64,000 bases of DNA from Candidatus Rifleibacteriota bacterium (GCA_015232575.1 JADFZL010000018.1:66264-130263), one strand, 5' to 3'. Counted from the stretch's first letter, positions 29,240 through 39,789 are shown. The notes: generated by a model from the sequence alone, not told the origin. A program made the numbers and translations.

Positions 29240-29356
29240 ATCTCAACATTATGCAAAATCATCCTTATACCAAAAAGATAGAAACACCCACCCTCTCCCA
29301 CGCTGACTGCGGGTAGATAGAGAAAATAGGAACTTTTCAATGAGCGTTGATATATT

Positions 29357-31180
29357 ATGGAGAATATAATGCAATTTCAATCAGAGTATTTAGATGCAAT
29401 AAAAAGAATCTGGCAAAAAAGGTTAGATATTTATGAACTGCTTAATTTAGCTGAAAAAATAGAAAACAACAACAATTATGAGCTTGCTGCGGCATTATAT
29501 AAGCTGTGGCTTCTAAAAAATGATACAAACCAAAATCACTTCGTTTATTATAATCTGAGTGTCGTTTCTTTGAAAATGGGAGAATTAAACGATGCCTTGT
29601 CTGCTGCCAAAAAGGCGATTGAGCTTTATCCCAGTTTTATTCTTCCACATTTAACGCTTCTTCAAATTTACAACTCTCTGAGCATGAAAAATGAAAAGAT
29701 TGCAGAATGCCTCTGGATTACAGAGAATGTTTCGCCTGTTCAGAAAGAATTTCAAGACTTTCTTGTCTGCGCATTAAATACAGTTGCAGAAAAAGCAGAA
29801 GAGAACAAAGAATATGCAAAAGCATACGAATATTGTAGTAGAAGCCTTTCCATCAAAGAAGATCAGCCAGATGTACTGCATCATTGGATTTTTTTGAGAG
29901 AAAAACTTTGTATCTGGCCAGTATTATCATCTTTCGGTTCAATTTCCTCTGAGAAACAAAAAAGATTTTCTTCTGCAATGGCTATTTTAAGCATTACGGA
30001 CGACCCTGAATTACAATTCGAAACTGCTGTAAATTTTGCAAAAAAAATCTGCCTTCCAGAAATACTTTTATCTCAAAAAAGAAAATACAATCATAATAAA
30101 ATCAGAATCGGCTACTGTTCATCAAATTATTGTATTCATCCGGTTGGAATGCTTACCGTAGAGTTGTTTGAACAACACAACCGTGACTTATTCGAAATAT
30201 ATGGTTTCTGTTGGACAAACGAAGGGGATTCCGAACTTCGTACAAGAATAGCAAAATCTTTTGAACATTTTTACAAGATCGGACAACTCAGCGATGAAGA
30301 ATCAGCAGGATTAATCAAAGAAAGAGAAATTGATATTGTAATAGATCTTCATGGGCAAACCCTCGGAGCAAGACCGGGAATATTCGCTTTTCGTCCAGCA
30401 CCTGTTCAGATAACATACCTAGGCTTACCAGGAACAACCGGTTATTCGTTTATTGATTACGTAATTGCCGATCAATACATCATTCCAAATGAATTTCAAC
30501 ACTATTTCTCTGAAAAACCAATTTATATGCCAGATTGCTTTCAGGTAAGCGATCGAAAACGTGTGCCCTACCCCACCCCATCAAAATATAGTCAAGGTCT
30601 TCCAGAAACTGGATTTATTTTCTGCTCGTTCAACAGCAGTTTCAAGATAACCCCTGAAATATTCACCATCTGGATGAATATATTAAAAAGGGTTCCTGAC
30701 AGTGTTCTCTGGCTGATTTCTGACAATACGGCAACAGAAGAAAACTTAAAAAAAGAGGCACAAAAGCAAAAGGTATCAGTTGAGCGGCTCATTTTTTCTA
30801 ACCTTGTATCACCGCCAGAATATCTTGCACGCATGAAACTTGCAGACCTTTTTCTGGACACCTACCCATTTAACGCAGGAACGACCGCAAACGACTCTCT
30901 TTGGATGGGTCTTCCGGTTCTTACACTAAGCGGACGTTCATTTGCATCACGAATGGCAGGATCATTACTCAAGACGCTTAACCTGCATGAGCTGATAACG
31001 AAAAATTACCAGGACTACGAAGAGAAAGCTATCACACTTGCACATGATCCGGAAAAATGCTTCAAGATACGAAATCATCTTAAAACAGAGTGCAAAAACG
31101 GGGTTCTGTTCGACACTCCAAGATTCGTAAAAAACCTTGAAAACATTTTTCTCAAACTAATAACAGAATTGCCATGTTAA
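29357..31180 (+). CDS. TPR-containing O-GlcNAc transferase-like glycosyltransferase (GT41)
   Basis: N-terminal TPR-like helices; KIRIGYCSSNYCIHPVG, IDIVIDLHGQT, RPAPVQITYLGLPGTTG, FCSFNSSFKITP, DLFLDTYPFNAGTTANDSLWMGLPV. Confidence 0.92.
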   Translation: MENIMQFQSEYLDAIKRIWQKRLDIYELLNLAEKIENNNNYELAAALYKLWLLKNDTNQNHFVYYNLSVVSLKMGELNDALSAAKKAIELYPSFILPHLTLLQIYNSLSMKNEKIAECLWITENVSPVQKEFQDFLVCALNTVAEKAEENKEYAKAYEYCSRSLSIKEDQPDVLHHWIFLREKLCIWPVLSSFGSISSEKQKRFSSAMAILSITDDPELQFETAVNFAKKICLPEILLSQKRKYNHNKIRIGYCSSNYCIHPVGMLTVELFEQHNRDLFEIYGFCWTNEGDSELRTRIAKSFEHFYKIGQLSDEESAGLIKEREIDIVIDLHGQTLGARPGIFAFRPAPVQITYLGLPGTTGYSFIDYVIADQYIIPNEFQHYFSEKPIYMPDCFQVSDRKRVPYPTPSKYSQGLPETGFIFCSFNSSFKITPEIFTIWMNILKRVPDSVLWLISDNTATEENLKKEAQKQKVSVERLIFSNLVSPPEYLARMKLADLFLDTYPFNAGTTANDSLWMGLPVLTLSGRSFASRMAGSLLKTLNLHELITKNYQDYEEKAITLAHDPEKCFKIRNHLKTECKNGVLFDTPRFVKNLENIFLKLITELPC

Positions 31181-31345
31181 TTGCATTCATACAACAATCT
31201 TATTTTGCTCTAAGTACAGCAAATGCATGAGGGTGCAACTTGCTCCCTTTCACGGAAATTACCGTGGGAAAGTGCTGGATAGAGGATATAATCTTTCCCA
31301 TTATTTAGTATTTTGTGTACTTAATAAAAACTCTGAAGTCTCTAA

Positions 31346-32428
31346 TCAGCCTTTTTTGGCAAGAACCGCTGCATTTGTACCATTAAATGCAGCAATAGCA
31401 GGAACAATATTAGTATGTTCGGGCAGATTAATTGTTGTCATAACTGCCGTATAGATCCGATTTCTCAAAAGATGATTTTTCATAACATATTCCTGCCGAA
31501 ATATGATTCCATCGGTCCCGGCATTATCAAAATTTTCAATTGCCAGATTCAGTGCTTTCCTGATTGTTGGTACAGAAAAATCGTCATTAATCCTTACAAT
31601 CCCTAATTTTTTCTGTTCATCAAAAGATATTACTTTTTCAAGATCAACAACTCTTTCTGGAATTATTGGGACCAACCCTGCCAACAGAGCATCAAAAATA
31701 CGGGTTGAAAGATCTTTGTCAACCGGTAAAATTAATGTAGTTTTATAATTCAGCCACTCTTTAAATCGAGAAATTTTATCCAGATTAAAATATCTTTTTC
31801 TATCATGCATTGTCATCAACAACACATCAGCTTCTGGCATGTTCTTCTGCAAATCACTAATAACTTCAGTCCGCCAGGTAGTTTTGTAATCTACATAGTT
31901 TACCAACAATTGATTACTTCTTTTCATGTTGATTATCAGATCAGTATCGGTTCGAATATCTCCCAACTCTTTCAAGGACCATTGAGCAGAACAGGCTGGC
32001 AAAAAGCCAATTACCAGAGATGCTGGATTGTAAAGATAGTCGATAATATAATCATGGCTGAAAAATACATAATCAGCCATCAATATTGTTTTTAAGTTGT
32101 TAAGATGCCCCAGATGGTTATCCCAGAGCCAGACAACAACGACGGAAGACGGTTTAAGCTGCTGCCTGATTTTCCAAAGATACGGACTCATATCAGAACC
32201 ATGAGCAGTGGTAAGTAGCACATCAGCTTCAGAAAGTTCTGTTTTGTAGTCTATAAACTTCAATTTTGGCTGAATGCCTCCAAAATTGAGATCATCAGAC
32301 AAATCTGCTGGAAAATATTTAATAAAGTCATTTTCAATCGAAGGATAAAATGCAAAGTTAATCTTCTCAAGTTTATTCAATTGCGCAGTATTATTCCATA
32401 AGCGCTGCAAATTATGCTTCGGCCACAT
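31346..32428 (-). CDS. Hypothetical protein, probable GT-B glycosyltransferase
   Basis: WLWDNH, DLSTRIFDALLAGLVPI (cf. R-x-F-E/D-A-x-A-x-G in GT-B enzymes) and KNHL...R. Start at ATG 32428 after GGAGGAAG; the ORF track extends to 32455. Confidence 0.6.
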   Translation of the reverse strand: MWPKHNLQRLWNNTAQLNKLEKINFAFYPSIENDFIKYFPADLSDDLNFGGIQPKLKFIDYKTELSEADVLLTTAHGSDMSPYLWKIRQQLKPSSVVVVWLWDNHLGHLNNLKTILMADYVFFSHDYIIDYLYNPASLVIGFLPACSAQWSLKELGDIRTDTDLIINMKRSNQLLVNYVDYKTTWRTEVISDLQKNMPEADVLLMTMHDRKRYFNLDKISRFKEWLNYKTTLILPVDKDLSTRIFDALLAGLVPIIPERVVDLEKVISFDEQKKLGIVRINDDFSVPTIRKALNLAIENFDNAGTDGIIFRQEYVMKNHLLRNRIYTAVMTTINLPEHTNIVPAIAAFNGTNAAVLAKKG

Positions 32429-32612
32429 CGCTTCCTCCCACAAAATAATATTCAATTAGTTGCTTACCAAAAAATACAGCATCGCAAGACAATATTTTTT
32501 TTCCTGTTCAACTTTGAATTTTTTTGATATTATACAATAAGTCAGGGAAATACAACACCTTAAAGCCATATTCTTGATAAATTTGGTAATACCCTTTAAA
32601 GAAGCATAAACC

Positions 32613-33452
32613 GTGAAAACTGCAAAAGATGATCCAATAAAGCTTGAGGAAAGCGTCATTCCAATGTTACAGAGTGAGCTCTCTCACACTGGTCTTAAAG
32701 ACTATTATCATGTTTTTGAAGAAAACATAGCTTCACTTATTAATTGTAAGGGGTTGGAAATTGCTCAACAAAAAATTTTTGATTTCCTTTCACAGGTAAC
32801 TCCTTCGAAGTTACCTGTGTTTATATGTCAACATGTATTGGGTGAGAGATTGAATTTTAAAGATGGAATTGTTTTTTCTCCTCATGCATCACAGATTAAT
32901 GGATTTATTTTAATTCCACATTTCAATTCAATAGCTGGTGATTTTATAGATTTTATTCCTGTGAAAAAGCGTGCCTGGATTGGAACTTTTATTGGCGACA
33001 CCAATACAAATCCTCTTCGCAAGAAAATCTATGATACACTTGTTGGAACTAAAGATTGGTTAATTAATGACACAGGCGTGTGGCACTTTTCGAAATCTCC
33101 TGATCAGAGGGAAAAAGACAAAGAAAGTTACATTAATAGTCTACAAAATTCAATCTTTTGTCTTTGTCCTCCCGGAACCGGCGCTGGCACTCTTCGACTT
33201 TGGGAATCAATTTCATGCGGTACAATACCTGTTATTTTTGGAAACACTCTTCTTCCAAAAGAATTAGAACCTCTTGCAGTAAGGATTGATACAATAGATT
33301 CAAAGGATGTTTTTCTTCAAAATTTACACGAGCGTGGAACTAATGTTAATTTCAGAGCAGCTCAACTATACCTGAAATATTGGAGCAACTTTGCAAATAA
33401 GAAAATCTATAAAAATATTGTACAATTTTTAGATGAAAAATTAAGAAAGTGA
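32613..33452 (+). CDS. Exostosin-like (GT47) glycosyltransferase
   Basis: SIFCLCPPGTGAGTLRLWESISCGTIPV matches the exostosin F-C-L-x-P-x-G...R-x-x-E...GC/G-IPV motif. Confidence 0.75.
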   Translation: MKTAKDDPIKLEESVIPMLQSELSHTGLKDYYHVFEENIASLINCKGLEIAQQKIFDFLSQVTPSKLPVFICQHVLGERLNFKDGIVFSPHASQINGFILIPHFNSIAGDFIDFIPVKKRAWIGTFIGDTNTNPLRKKIYDTLVGTKDWLINDTGVWHFSKSPDQREKDKESYINSLQNSIFCLCPPGTGAGTLRLWESISCGTIPVIFGNTLLPKELEPLAVRIDTIDSKDVFLQNLHERGTNVNFRAAQLYLKYWSNFANKKIYKNIVQFLDEKLRK

Positions 33453-34165
33453 CTAATTCGTTGAAAATATATACGTTTTCTACTCAATCGTACAAGTCTC
33501 TATTAGATTTAAGCCTGAGTTCGTTGATTCAAATCGGAGAACATGAGAATGTTGTTGTTGCTTCGTTTGAGCAAAAAGCGAATTTTGTGGAGCTTTTTTC
33601 GCCAGAATGGCGTTTAACAATGATTGAAAAATTGAGATATGTATTATTTTCAATAGATGCCGTACAACCGTTTGTTCATGCTGATTGTGATATAGTTTAC
33701 TATCGACCGTTTACTCAACGTTTACTTACCTTACTAACAACAAGTGGCCTCGATTTGATTTTTCAGGCTGATAGTTCGCAGAATGTTTGTTTGGGTTTTT
33801 TTGTTTGTAAACCTACGAAAAGAACTTATGACTTGTTTGCAGCTTCCATTAAACTTCTTGAAGAAGGTAATGCTGAAAATTTTCACCAGGCTTTCAATAA
33901 ATTGCTGAATTCTCAGCTTTTTTCTGATATAAAATATGGACTGCTAGGCTCAGATGCATACAGCATTTGGAGGCAAACCGATGGCAAGCTCTGGGATTCC
34001 TCTCAACCAGTTAATAAAATTTTCGATGCTGTTTTTATGCATCATGCCAACTTCACCGTTGGAATTGATAACAAACTTAACTTAATAACAAAGGTAAGGG
34101 AAAATATGGTTTTTAAAAGTCCGATTATGTTTCAAACACCAGTGCATTACGAATTTTCACTATAA
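33449..34165 (+). CDS. Nucleotide-diphospho-sugar transferase (GT77-like, GT-A fold)
   Basis: FVHADCDIVY (DxD), DLIFQAD, VCLGFF, QAFN, HHANFTVGIDNK. Confidence 0.7.
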   Translation: MTNSLKIYTFSTQSYKSLLDLSLSSLIQIGEHENVVVASFEQKANFVELFSPEWRLTMIEKLRYVLFSIDAVQPFVHADCDIVYYRPFTQRLLTLLTTSGLDLIFQADSSQNVCLGFFVCKPTKRTYDLFAASIKLLEEGNAENFHQAFNKLLNSQLFSDIKYGLLGSDAYSIWRQTDGKLWDSSQPVNKIFDAVFMHHANFTVGIDNKLNLITKVRENMVFKSPIMFQTPVHYEFSL

Positions 34166-34167
34166 TT

Positions 34168-35478
34168 ATGTGTGGCTTTTATATAACAAATTCTCAGAAT
34201 TATTTTCCAAATGAGAGAGCTTTAGAACGTTTACGGCGCCGAGGACCTGACTTTCAGGTATTCTCAACAATAGACGGTCTTAGATGTTATCATGCATTAC
34301 TTTCCATGTCTGGATCATTTACTCCTCAACCGTTGGAGAAAAACGGTTCATTCCTTTTTTACAATGGTGAAATATATAATTATCAGAGTATAGGAAAATT
34401 TTCCTCAGACTCAGAAGCCATTTTATCTCTCTATAACTCAGAAGGTATTTCTGGTTTAGCTCAACTTGATGGTGAGTTTGCTATTTGCATTATTGACACA
34501 AAAAAAGGTGAAATGGTTTTAGCGACTGACACCTTTGGAACCAAACCTTTACATATTTCAAAGTTTGGTGGTTATGAATGGGGTGTTTCTTCTTTGCCTT
34601 CACTCTTTGCACAATATCCTTCAAAACGATTTAAGCCTAATCATATAATGAGAATTCGCTATTCTGATCTTCATGTATTGGAAGAATTGCCCTTAAAGAA
34701 CTTTTCTCTAAAACAGTACAAGACTAATTATGATGACTTTTTTTTATCCATAGTTAATTCTATGAAAAAACGTACAAATATGAATCCAGTCCCTTTTGTT
34801 CCTATTTCCAGCGGGATTGATAGTGGTACAATTGCGGCAACTCTTGATGAAATTGGAGTTCCTTTTGTAAGTTCTACTTTTCTTGGACACGAAGATCTGT
34901 CCATTATCAAAGCACGAATAGAGAAAAGAAAAGGACCAGCTTACGTATTTCCGGAGCCACCAAAGGAAGTTATAGAATCCTACCGCATTCAATTTGAAAA
35001 CGAGGTTGATGATTTTTATTATGGTCCGAATAATGAGTTGAGAACTCGTCGTGGAAAAGATGATCCGGGTGCATTAGCTCTTTTCATTCTTTTATTAGAC
35101 ATCAAGCAAAGGCATCCAGTTCAAGTTGTGCTTTCAGGTCAGGGAGGAGATGAGATCATGGGTACAATTCAAACCTACACCTTTGGGAAACCAAATCCTT
35201 CTTTTTTTCCCGAGAATTTAGCTCAGGTTTTTCCGTGGGAGAATTTTTTCCAGGGAGCAAATTCTTCTTATCTACTGAAAGAAGAAAACATTGCTTCAAA
35301 TTTTGGTATTGAAACTAGATATCCATTACTTGATTTTGATGTAGTACAAGAGTTTCTTTATTTAGTTCCTGCATTAAAAAATCCTGGTTCGAAACGTCCT
35401 CTCAGCGAGTATTTGAAATCCTTAAATTATCCACATAACTCGTTAAAAGCTGGCTTTAGTTATGTTAGCCCAAAATAG
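34168..35478 (+). CDS. Short AsnB-like glutamine amidotransferase
   Basis: MCGF, RRGPD, YNGEIYN, DTFGTKPL, SSGIDS, VLSGQGGDE, IETRYPLLD. Confidence 0.85.
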   Translation: MCGFYITNSQNYFPNERALERLRRRGPDFQVFSTIDGLRCYHALLSMSGSFTPQPLEKNGSFLFYNGEIYNYQSIGKFSSDSEAILSLYNSEGISGLAQLDGEFAICIIDTKKGEMVLATDTFGTKPLHISKFGGYEWGVSSLPSLFAQYPSKRFKPNHIMRIRYSDLHVLEELPLKNFSLKQYKTNYDDFFLSIVNSMKKRTNMNPVPFVPISSGIDSGTIAATLDEIGVPFVSSTFLGHEDLSIIKARIEKRKGPAYVFPEPPKEVIESYRIQFENEVDDFYYGPNNELRTRRGKDDPGALALFILLLDIKQRHPVQVVLSGQGGDEIMGTIQTYTFGKPNPSFFPENLAQVFPWENFFQGANSSYLLKEENIASNFGIETRYPLLDFDVVQEFLYLVPALKNPGSKRPLSEYLKSLNYPHNSLKAGFSYVSPK

Positions 35479-35495
35479 TCAGGAATAAAATTATT

Positions 35496-36215
35496 ATGAA
35501 CCTAATCCGCATAGGATCTCAATATGGTGGTTGGATTATCGATGATGCCGAATATCTGCATGGCTGCACTATGATTAGTGCTGGTTTAGGCGAGGATGCA
35601 AGTTTTGATGTTGAGTTTGCAACCAGGTTTAAAGCAACTGTGTTATTGGTTGATCCCACTCCAAGAGCCATATTGCACTACCTGGAAATTCAGAAAGAGT
35701 TAGGGAAATATGGAAATGTTCCCTATTCATCAACTGGCAAACAGCCAATTGCTGCTTATGACTTGAGAGCTATAAAAAGTTCTCAACTTCAATTGCTTCC
35801 ATTTGCGCTTTGGAATAAAAGAGGCATTACTTTTTTTCGCCCTCCTGACAATCCTGAACATGTCTCTCACCAAATATTTGAGTTCCAAAGTGAAAAACGT
35901 ACTGAGACAACAGGTTCATTTCCAGTAGCTTCTTCAACTATCAGCGATATAGTTTCGGTTTTTTGTAAGTTTCCCCCAACTGTTGTAAAACTCGATATTG
36001 AAGGAGCCGCAAGCTCAGTTATTGAAGATATGCTTCTAAACGGTATTTTTCCGAATCAACTCCTTGTGGAATTTGATGAACTTAAAATACCTAACCCACA
36101 ATTACATAATAAAGCCTTGCAGATACATGCACTATTGGAAAAATATGGTTATTGTTTATCAGCCCAGGAACAATTCAATTGTTCGTATATTAAAAAAGCT
36201 ATTTCGCTTGGTTAG
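35496..36215 (+). CDS. FkbM family methyltransferase
   Basis: IGSQYGGW, SAGLGEDASFD, DPTPRA, VKLDIEGA, QLLVEF. Confidence 0.8.
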   Translation: MNLIRIGSQYGGWIIDDAEYLHGCTMISAGLGEDASFDVEFATRFKATVLLVDPTPRAILHYLEIQKELGKYGNVPYSSTGKQPIAAYDLRAIKSSQLQLLPFALWNKRGITFFRPPDNPEHVSHQIFEFQSEKRTETTGSFPVASSTISDIVSVFCKFPPTVVKLDIEGAASSVIEDMLLNGIFPNQLLVEFDELKIPNPQLHNKALQIHALLEKYGYCLSAQEQFNCSYIKKAISLG

Positions 36216-36454
36216 AGTTTTTTAATGTTTTTTGTTTGACTTTTTGAGGTTTTTGTAATAAAAGACTTATGTCTTATGAAAAGGCTGCTAAAGTAATCGG
36301 AAACCAATAGAAGTGCTTTTAAAAAAAAACATAAGTTCTGATGATGTATTATGATAATTAAAAGTCATCAAATAGAATTAGATGAAAGTAATTATTGCTC
36401 ATCAATTAAGTAGCTGCCACAGACAGAAATTAATAAAGAGGTTATCCTTAGATA

Positions 36455-37216
36455 ATGACAATATCCAAAGCGAAACAAACAGATAATAAGCTGATAGTTG
36501 TTGTTCCACTGCATAACAGGCCTGCTTTCAATTTGCTTGAACAATATTCAGTTGATAACTTAATTAAAAAAGCAAATACACGAAAAATTTTATTTTTAGC
36601 AGCAAATAGCATGAACAAAACTTATTATTCTAACAGGTATCCCGAGGTTGAATTATTATCTTTCGAAGATAACTTTTTTGAATCGAATAATTCAAGCAAT
36701 AAGTTGTTTTTAAATAAACAGTTTTATAAATTGTTTGAAAGTTATGATTTTATGCTGGTACATCATCCTGATGCTTTTTTAGTGCAAGATGATCTTGATG
36801 ATTGGATGATCCAGAATATTGATTATATCGGCGCACCGATACCAGAAGGGGTTGAAGTCAGAGTAAAAATTGGAAAGTTTTTTTTTGGAAATGGACTGAC
36901 TGTCAAAGCTTTTGTCGGCAATGGAGGATTTAGCCTTCGACACATAAATAAATCAATTTCTTTGATGGAAGAGTTTGCAGAAATACATGAAAAGTGGCTT
37001 TTAAACAGCGGAAGAGAAGACTTGTTTTTTTCAATTGCTGGTCTTCTTTCCTCGAATTACTGTATCCCCAACCAGTTGGTAGCCTCACGTTTTTCGCTTG
37101 AGCTGGAGGGTGAAAAATACTTTAATTTTAATGACTGCAAACTCCCTACAGGCTTCCATGGCTGGTGGAAAAACGATATCGACTTTTATAAAAATCTCGT
37201 TGTGAAAACATCATGA
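36455..37216 (+). CDS. DUF5672 family protein (GT-A-like, glycan-locus associated)
   Basis: YDFMLVHHPDAFL, DYIGAP, VGNGGFSLR, EDLFF, FSLE, GFHGW. Confidence 0.8.
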   Translation: MTISKAKQTDNKLIVVVPLHNRPAFNLLEQYSVDNLIKKANTRKILFLAANSMNKTYYSNRYPEVELLSFEDNFFESNNSSNKLFLNKQFYKLFESYDFMLVHHPDAFLVQDDLDDWMIQNIDYIGAPIPEGVEVRVKIGKFFFGNGLTVKAFVGNGGFSLRHINKSISLMEEFAEIHEKWLLNSGREDLFFSIAGLLSSNYCIPNQLVASRFSLELEGEKYFNFNDCKLPTGFHGWWKNDIDFYKNLVVKTS

Positions 37217-37227
37217 TAAGAAAATAA

Positions 37228-38538
37228 ATGAAAACTAATAATCTATATCATATTACTTCTTTACTTAGAAATGCGTTGATAAAGACCCCTAAGGTTCTTA
37301 TTCTATCAACATTACAAGGAACAGGATCTGGAATAGCTGCATACCGTCTACATAAAAATTTGTTGAAAGCTGAAATTGCTTCGACAATGTGTGTACTTGA
37401 AAGAACAAATTCAGATCCTACTGTTATTTCCATTAAGAATAATGTCAAAGGAATACCTGTTTTATCCTGGAGACATTTAAGCGATTATTGGCACGATCTT
37501 CTTCAGAATTATCCAAACAAATCACCAACTCTATGTTGTTTTACTACACCTGATTCATTAGTACCACTGGAAAGTTTTAATCAAGATTGCGATGTTATTA
37601 ATCTGCACTGGATCTCAGGTTTTGTTGATCTTCCAAAAATTCCAAAGCTTTTCAAAGGTAAAAAGATTGTTTGGACTCTTCATGATATGAATGCTTTTAC
37701 TGGCGGGTGTCATTATACTCAGAAATGTACTAAATATGAGTCAAAGTGCTCTGAATGTCCCCAACTTGGTAAAAGCCTAAATTCAGAAGATATTGTTAAA
37801 GATATCTGGGAGACAAAGAATAAAATCTATGAACAACTTGAGGACATGACTATAATAACTCCCAGCCGCTGGATGGCAGATTGTTCAAAAAAAAGTTCTC
37901 TTTTGGGTCGCTTCCCCCATAAAGTCATTCCAAACAGTGTTGACGGTGAAATTTTCAAGCCCATGTCAAGAGAAGAAGCACGTATTAAACTTGGTTTGCC
38001 CATTAAAAAGAAACTTATTCTTTTTGGTGCAACCTCGCTGGGAAGTGTTAGAAAAGGTTTTGAACTGTTTCTAAGAATAATTGAAATTCTGCCAAAATTT
38101 ATCTCTCCAGATGAGCTTGAGTTAGTATCTTTTGGTTCTCTGGATCCTCGGCTTACCTTTCCCACTCCATTCAAATTTCACAGTCTAGGCAGTTTAAATA
38201 ACGAAGATGATTTATGCTTAGCCTATAATGCATCAGATCTTTATGTAATGTCTTCAAAAGAAGACAATCTTCCAAACACAGCCGTGGAAAGTTTAGCCTG
38301 CGGAACACCGGTTGTTAGTTTTAATATCGGAGGTTTAACAGATATCGTCGATCAGGGGAAAACAGGTTATTTAGCACCTTTTCCAGATGTTTTAGAAATG
38401 GCGCATGGTATCAAATGGGTTCTATCATCTTCGGAAATACCTTTTAGAGAGAATTGCAGAAAAAAAGCACTGGAAAGTTTTTCGCCAGAAAAGCAAACCG
38501 ATGCGTATATTGACGTCTATCAAAAAGTAAGATCATAA
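37228..38538 (+). CDS. GT4 family glycosyltransferase (WcaC-like)
   Basis: GSGIAAYRLH, INLHW, VWTLHDM..FTGGCHY, PSRW, EDNLPNTAVESLACGTPVV. Confidence 0.9.
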   Translation: MKTNNLYHITSLLRNALIKTPKVLILSTLQGTGSGIAAYRLHKNLLKAEIASTMCVLERTNSDPTVISIKNNVKGIPVLSWRHLSDYWHDLLQNYPNKSPTLCCFTTPDSLVPLESFNQDCDVINLHWISGFVDLPKIPKLFKGKKIVWTLHDMNAFTGGCHYTQKCTKYESKCSECPQLGKSLNSEDIVKDIWETKNKIYEQLEDMTIITPSRWMADCSKKSSLLGRFPHKVIPNSVDGEIFKPMSREEARIKLGLPIKKKLILFGATSLGSVRKGFELFLRIIEILPKFISPDELELVSFGSLDPRLTFPTPFKFHSLGSLNNEDDLCLAYNASDLYVMSSKEDNLPNTAVESLACGTPVVSFNIGGLTDIVDQGKTGYLAPFPDVLEMAHGIKWVLSSSEIPFRENCRKKALESFSPEKQTDAYIDVYQKVRS

Positions 38539-38673
38539 CCAAGCAATCACACAGTTTTTTGTACCAACTCAAAATTCTGGTATTTTTATGTAAAAATCAT
38601 ACTCCTCCTTTGAAAAAATAATATTATAATTTTTCAGGTCATTGTAAAAAATACGCAAAAACCGTTATTTTGC

Positions 38674-39690
38674 TTATGGTAATGGGAAGTTGTCATCCTC
38701 TCTATTGGCAATGTTTACTCTATGCATTATTTCACCTGAATTCCAGGCATCCCCAAACTTATTAAGAATATGATTCCAATTATGAATGAAATGCTCCGGT
38801 CTTGAATTAACTGTTACTGAGTTAAAGAGTCTCATCCCACCTTCACTGAAAATACATTTTTTTCCGCGGAACGGCATAAGGAGTATTTTATATCCTTTCA
38901 GCCAGGAAGAAAAACAATTATGATAATCATCATACTGATAAGGCTCAAGTGCTTCGGGGAAGAAATTGAGTTCATCTGCTGCTGATATGCGAATGATTTG
39001 TGGTGCCCTGTTAACAACCGCTACGTACTGAAGTAAAAAATCATTGACTTTTTTTTCCAAAACAGGAACTAGAATTTCTTCATATTTCCCAAGCCTGAAG
39101 CCATTTTTTCCTTCTATCAGACAAGGCTCATAAACAGCGCTTTTTAAGCCTTCGTCACCCACCACCGGCGGTGTTTTCCCCATGTTGCCACCACCATTAC
39201 CACCTATTATTGCCAGTTTTCTGTCAAATTCAAGTAGTTTTAAAGAATAATTGAGCCAGTTAAAGATACTCATATCATAAATGTCATCATCCTGAAACAA
39301 CGCAACATATTTACAACCCCAAGTTTTTGCTATCTGTAAAGACAATCTATAGTTGCAAATTTCATATGTATCATTAGTAGACAACACTAAATGATTCTTT
39401 CCAGGAAGCAAAGCACCAGCCAGGCTTGCGGAAGAATCAACACAACCATCAGCAAAGAGAATAACATTTGCCGGACTTAGTTGAAGAAAGGGATTTAATA
39501 CTTCATTCAATCTGTTTGCTTTGTTAAAGGTCTGAAAAACAAAAGTCAAATCATTAAAATTGACAAATTCCCCTTTCCTCGACTTAAGATACTCTTTATG
39601 TCTTACTACCTTGTCAATTGAAAACAAAGACTCAGAGTTCTGCTCGTTTAACCAGCCCACACTTTTATAATATTTCTCAGTGATTTTCAT
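38674..39690 (-). CDS. Putative GT2-like (GT-A) glycosyltransferase
   Basis: VFQTFNK, ADGCVDSS, FQDDD (DxD-type), VNRAP. Start placed at ATG 39690; the ORF track gives 39699. Confidence 0.6.
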   Translation of the reverse strand: MKITEKYYKSVGWLNEQNSESLFSIDKVVRHKEYLKSRKGEFVNFNDLTFVFQTFNKANRLNEVLNPFLQLSPANVILFADGCVDSSASLAGALLPGKNHLVLSTNDTYEICNYRLSLQIAKTWGCKYVALFQDDDIYDMSIFNWLNYSLKLLEFDRKLAIIGGNGGGNMGKTPPVVGDEGLKSAVYEPCLIEGKNGFRLGKYEEILVPVLEKKVNDFLLQYVAVVNRAPQIIRISAADELNFFPEALEPYQYDDYHNCFSSWLKGYKILLMPFRGKKCIFSEGGMRLFNSVTVNSRPEHFIHNWNHILNKFGDAWNSGEIMHRVNIANREDDNFPLP

Positions 39691-39789
39691 ACAATGCAAT
39701 CTTTTGTAAAAAGAACAAATTGATCCTGAATCAGAAAAAAGCAGCTCACTTTTGATCTTTTAATCCTGATAATAAACATCAGTCCTGGG

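Noticed and set aside
31227-31454. 75-aa ORF, and a GGTGCAA motif reminiscent of a cobalamin riboswitch
   Set aside because: The region lies between convergent gene ends and lacks the other B12-box elements. The small hairpins (e.g. CACGG-N6-CCGTG) are better explained as terminator-like.
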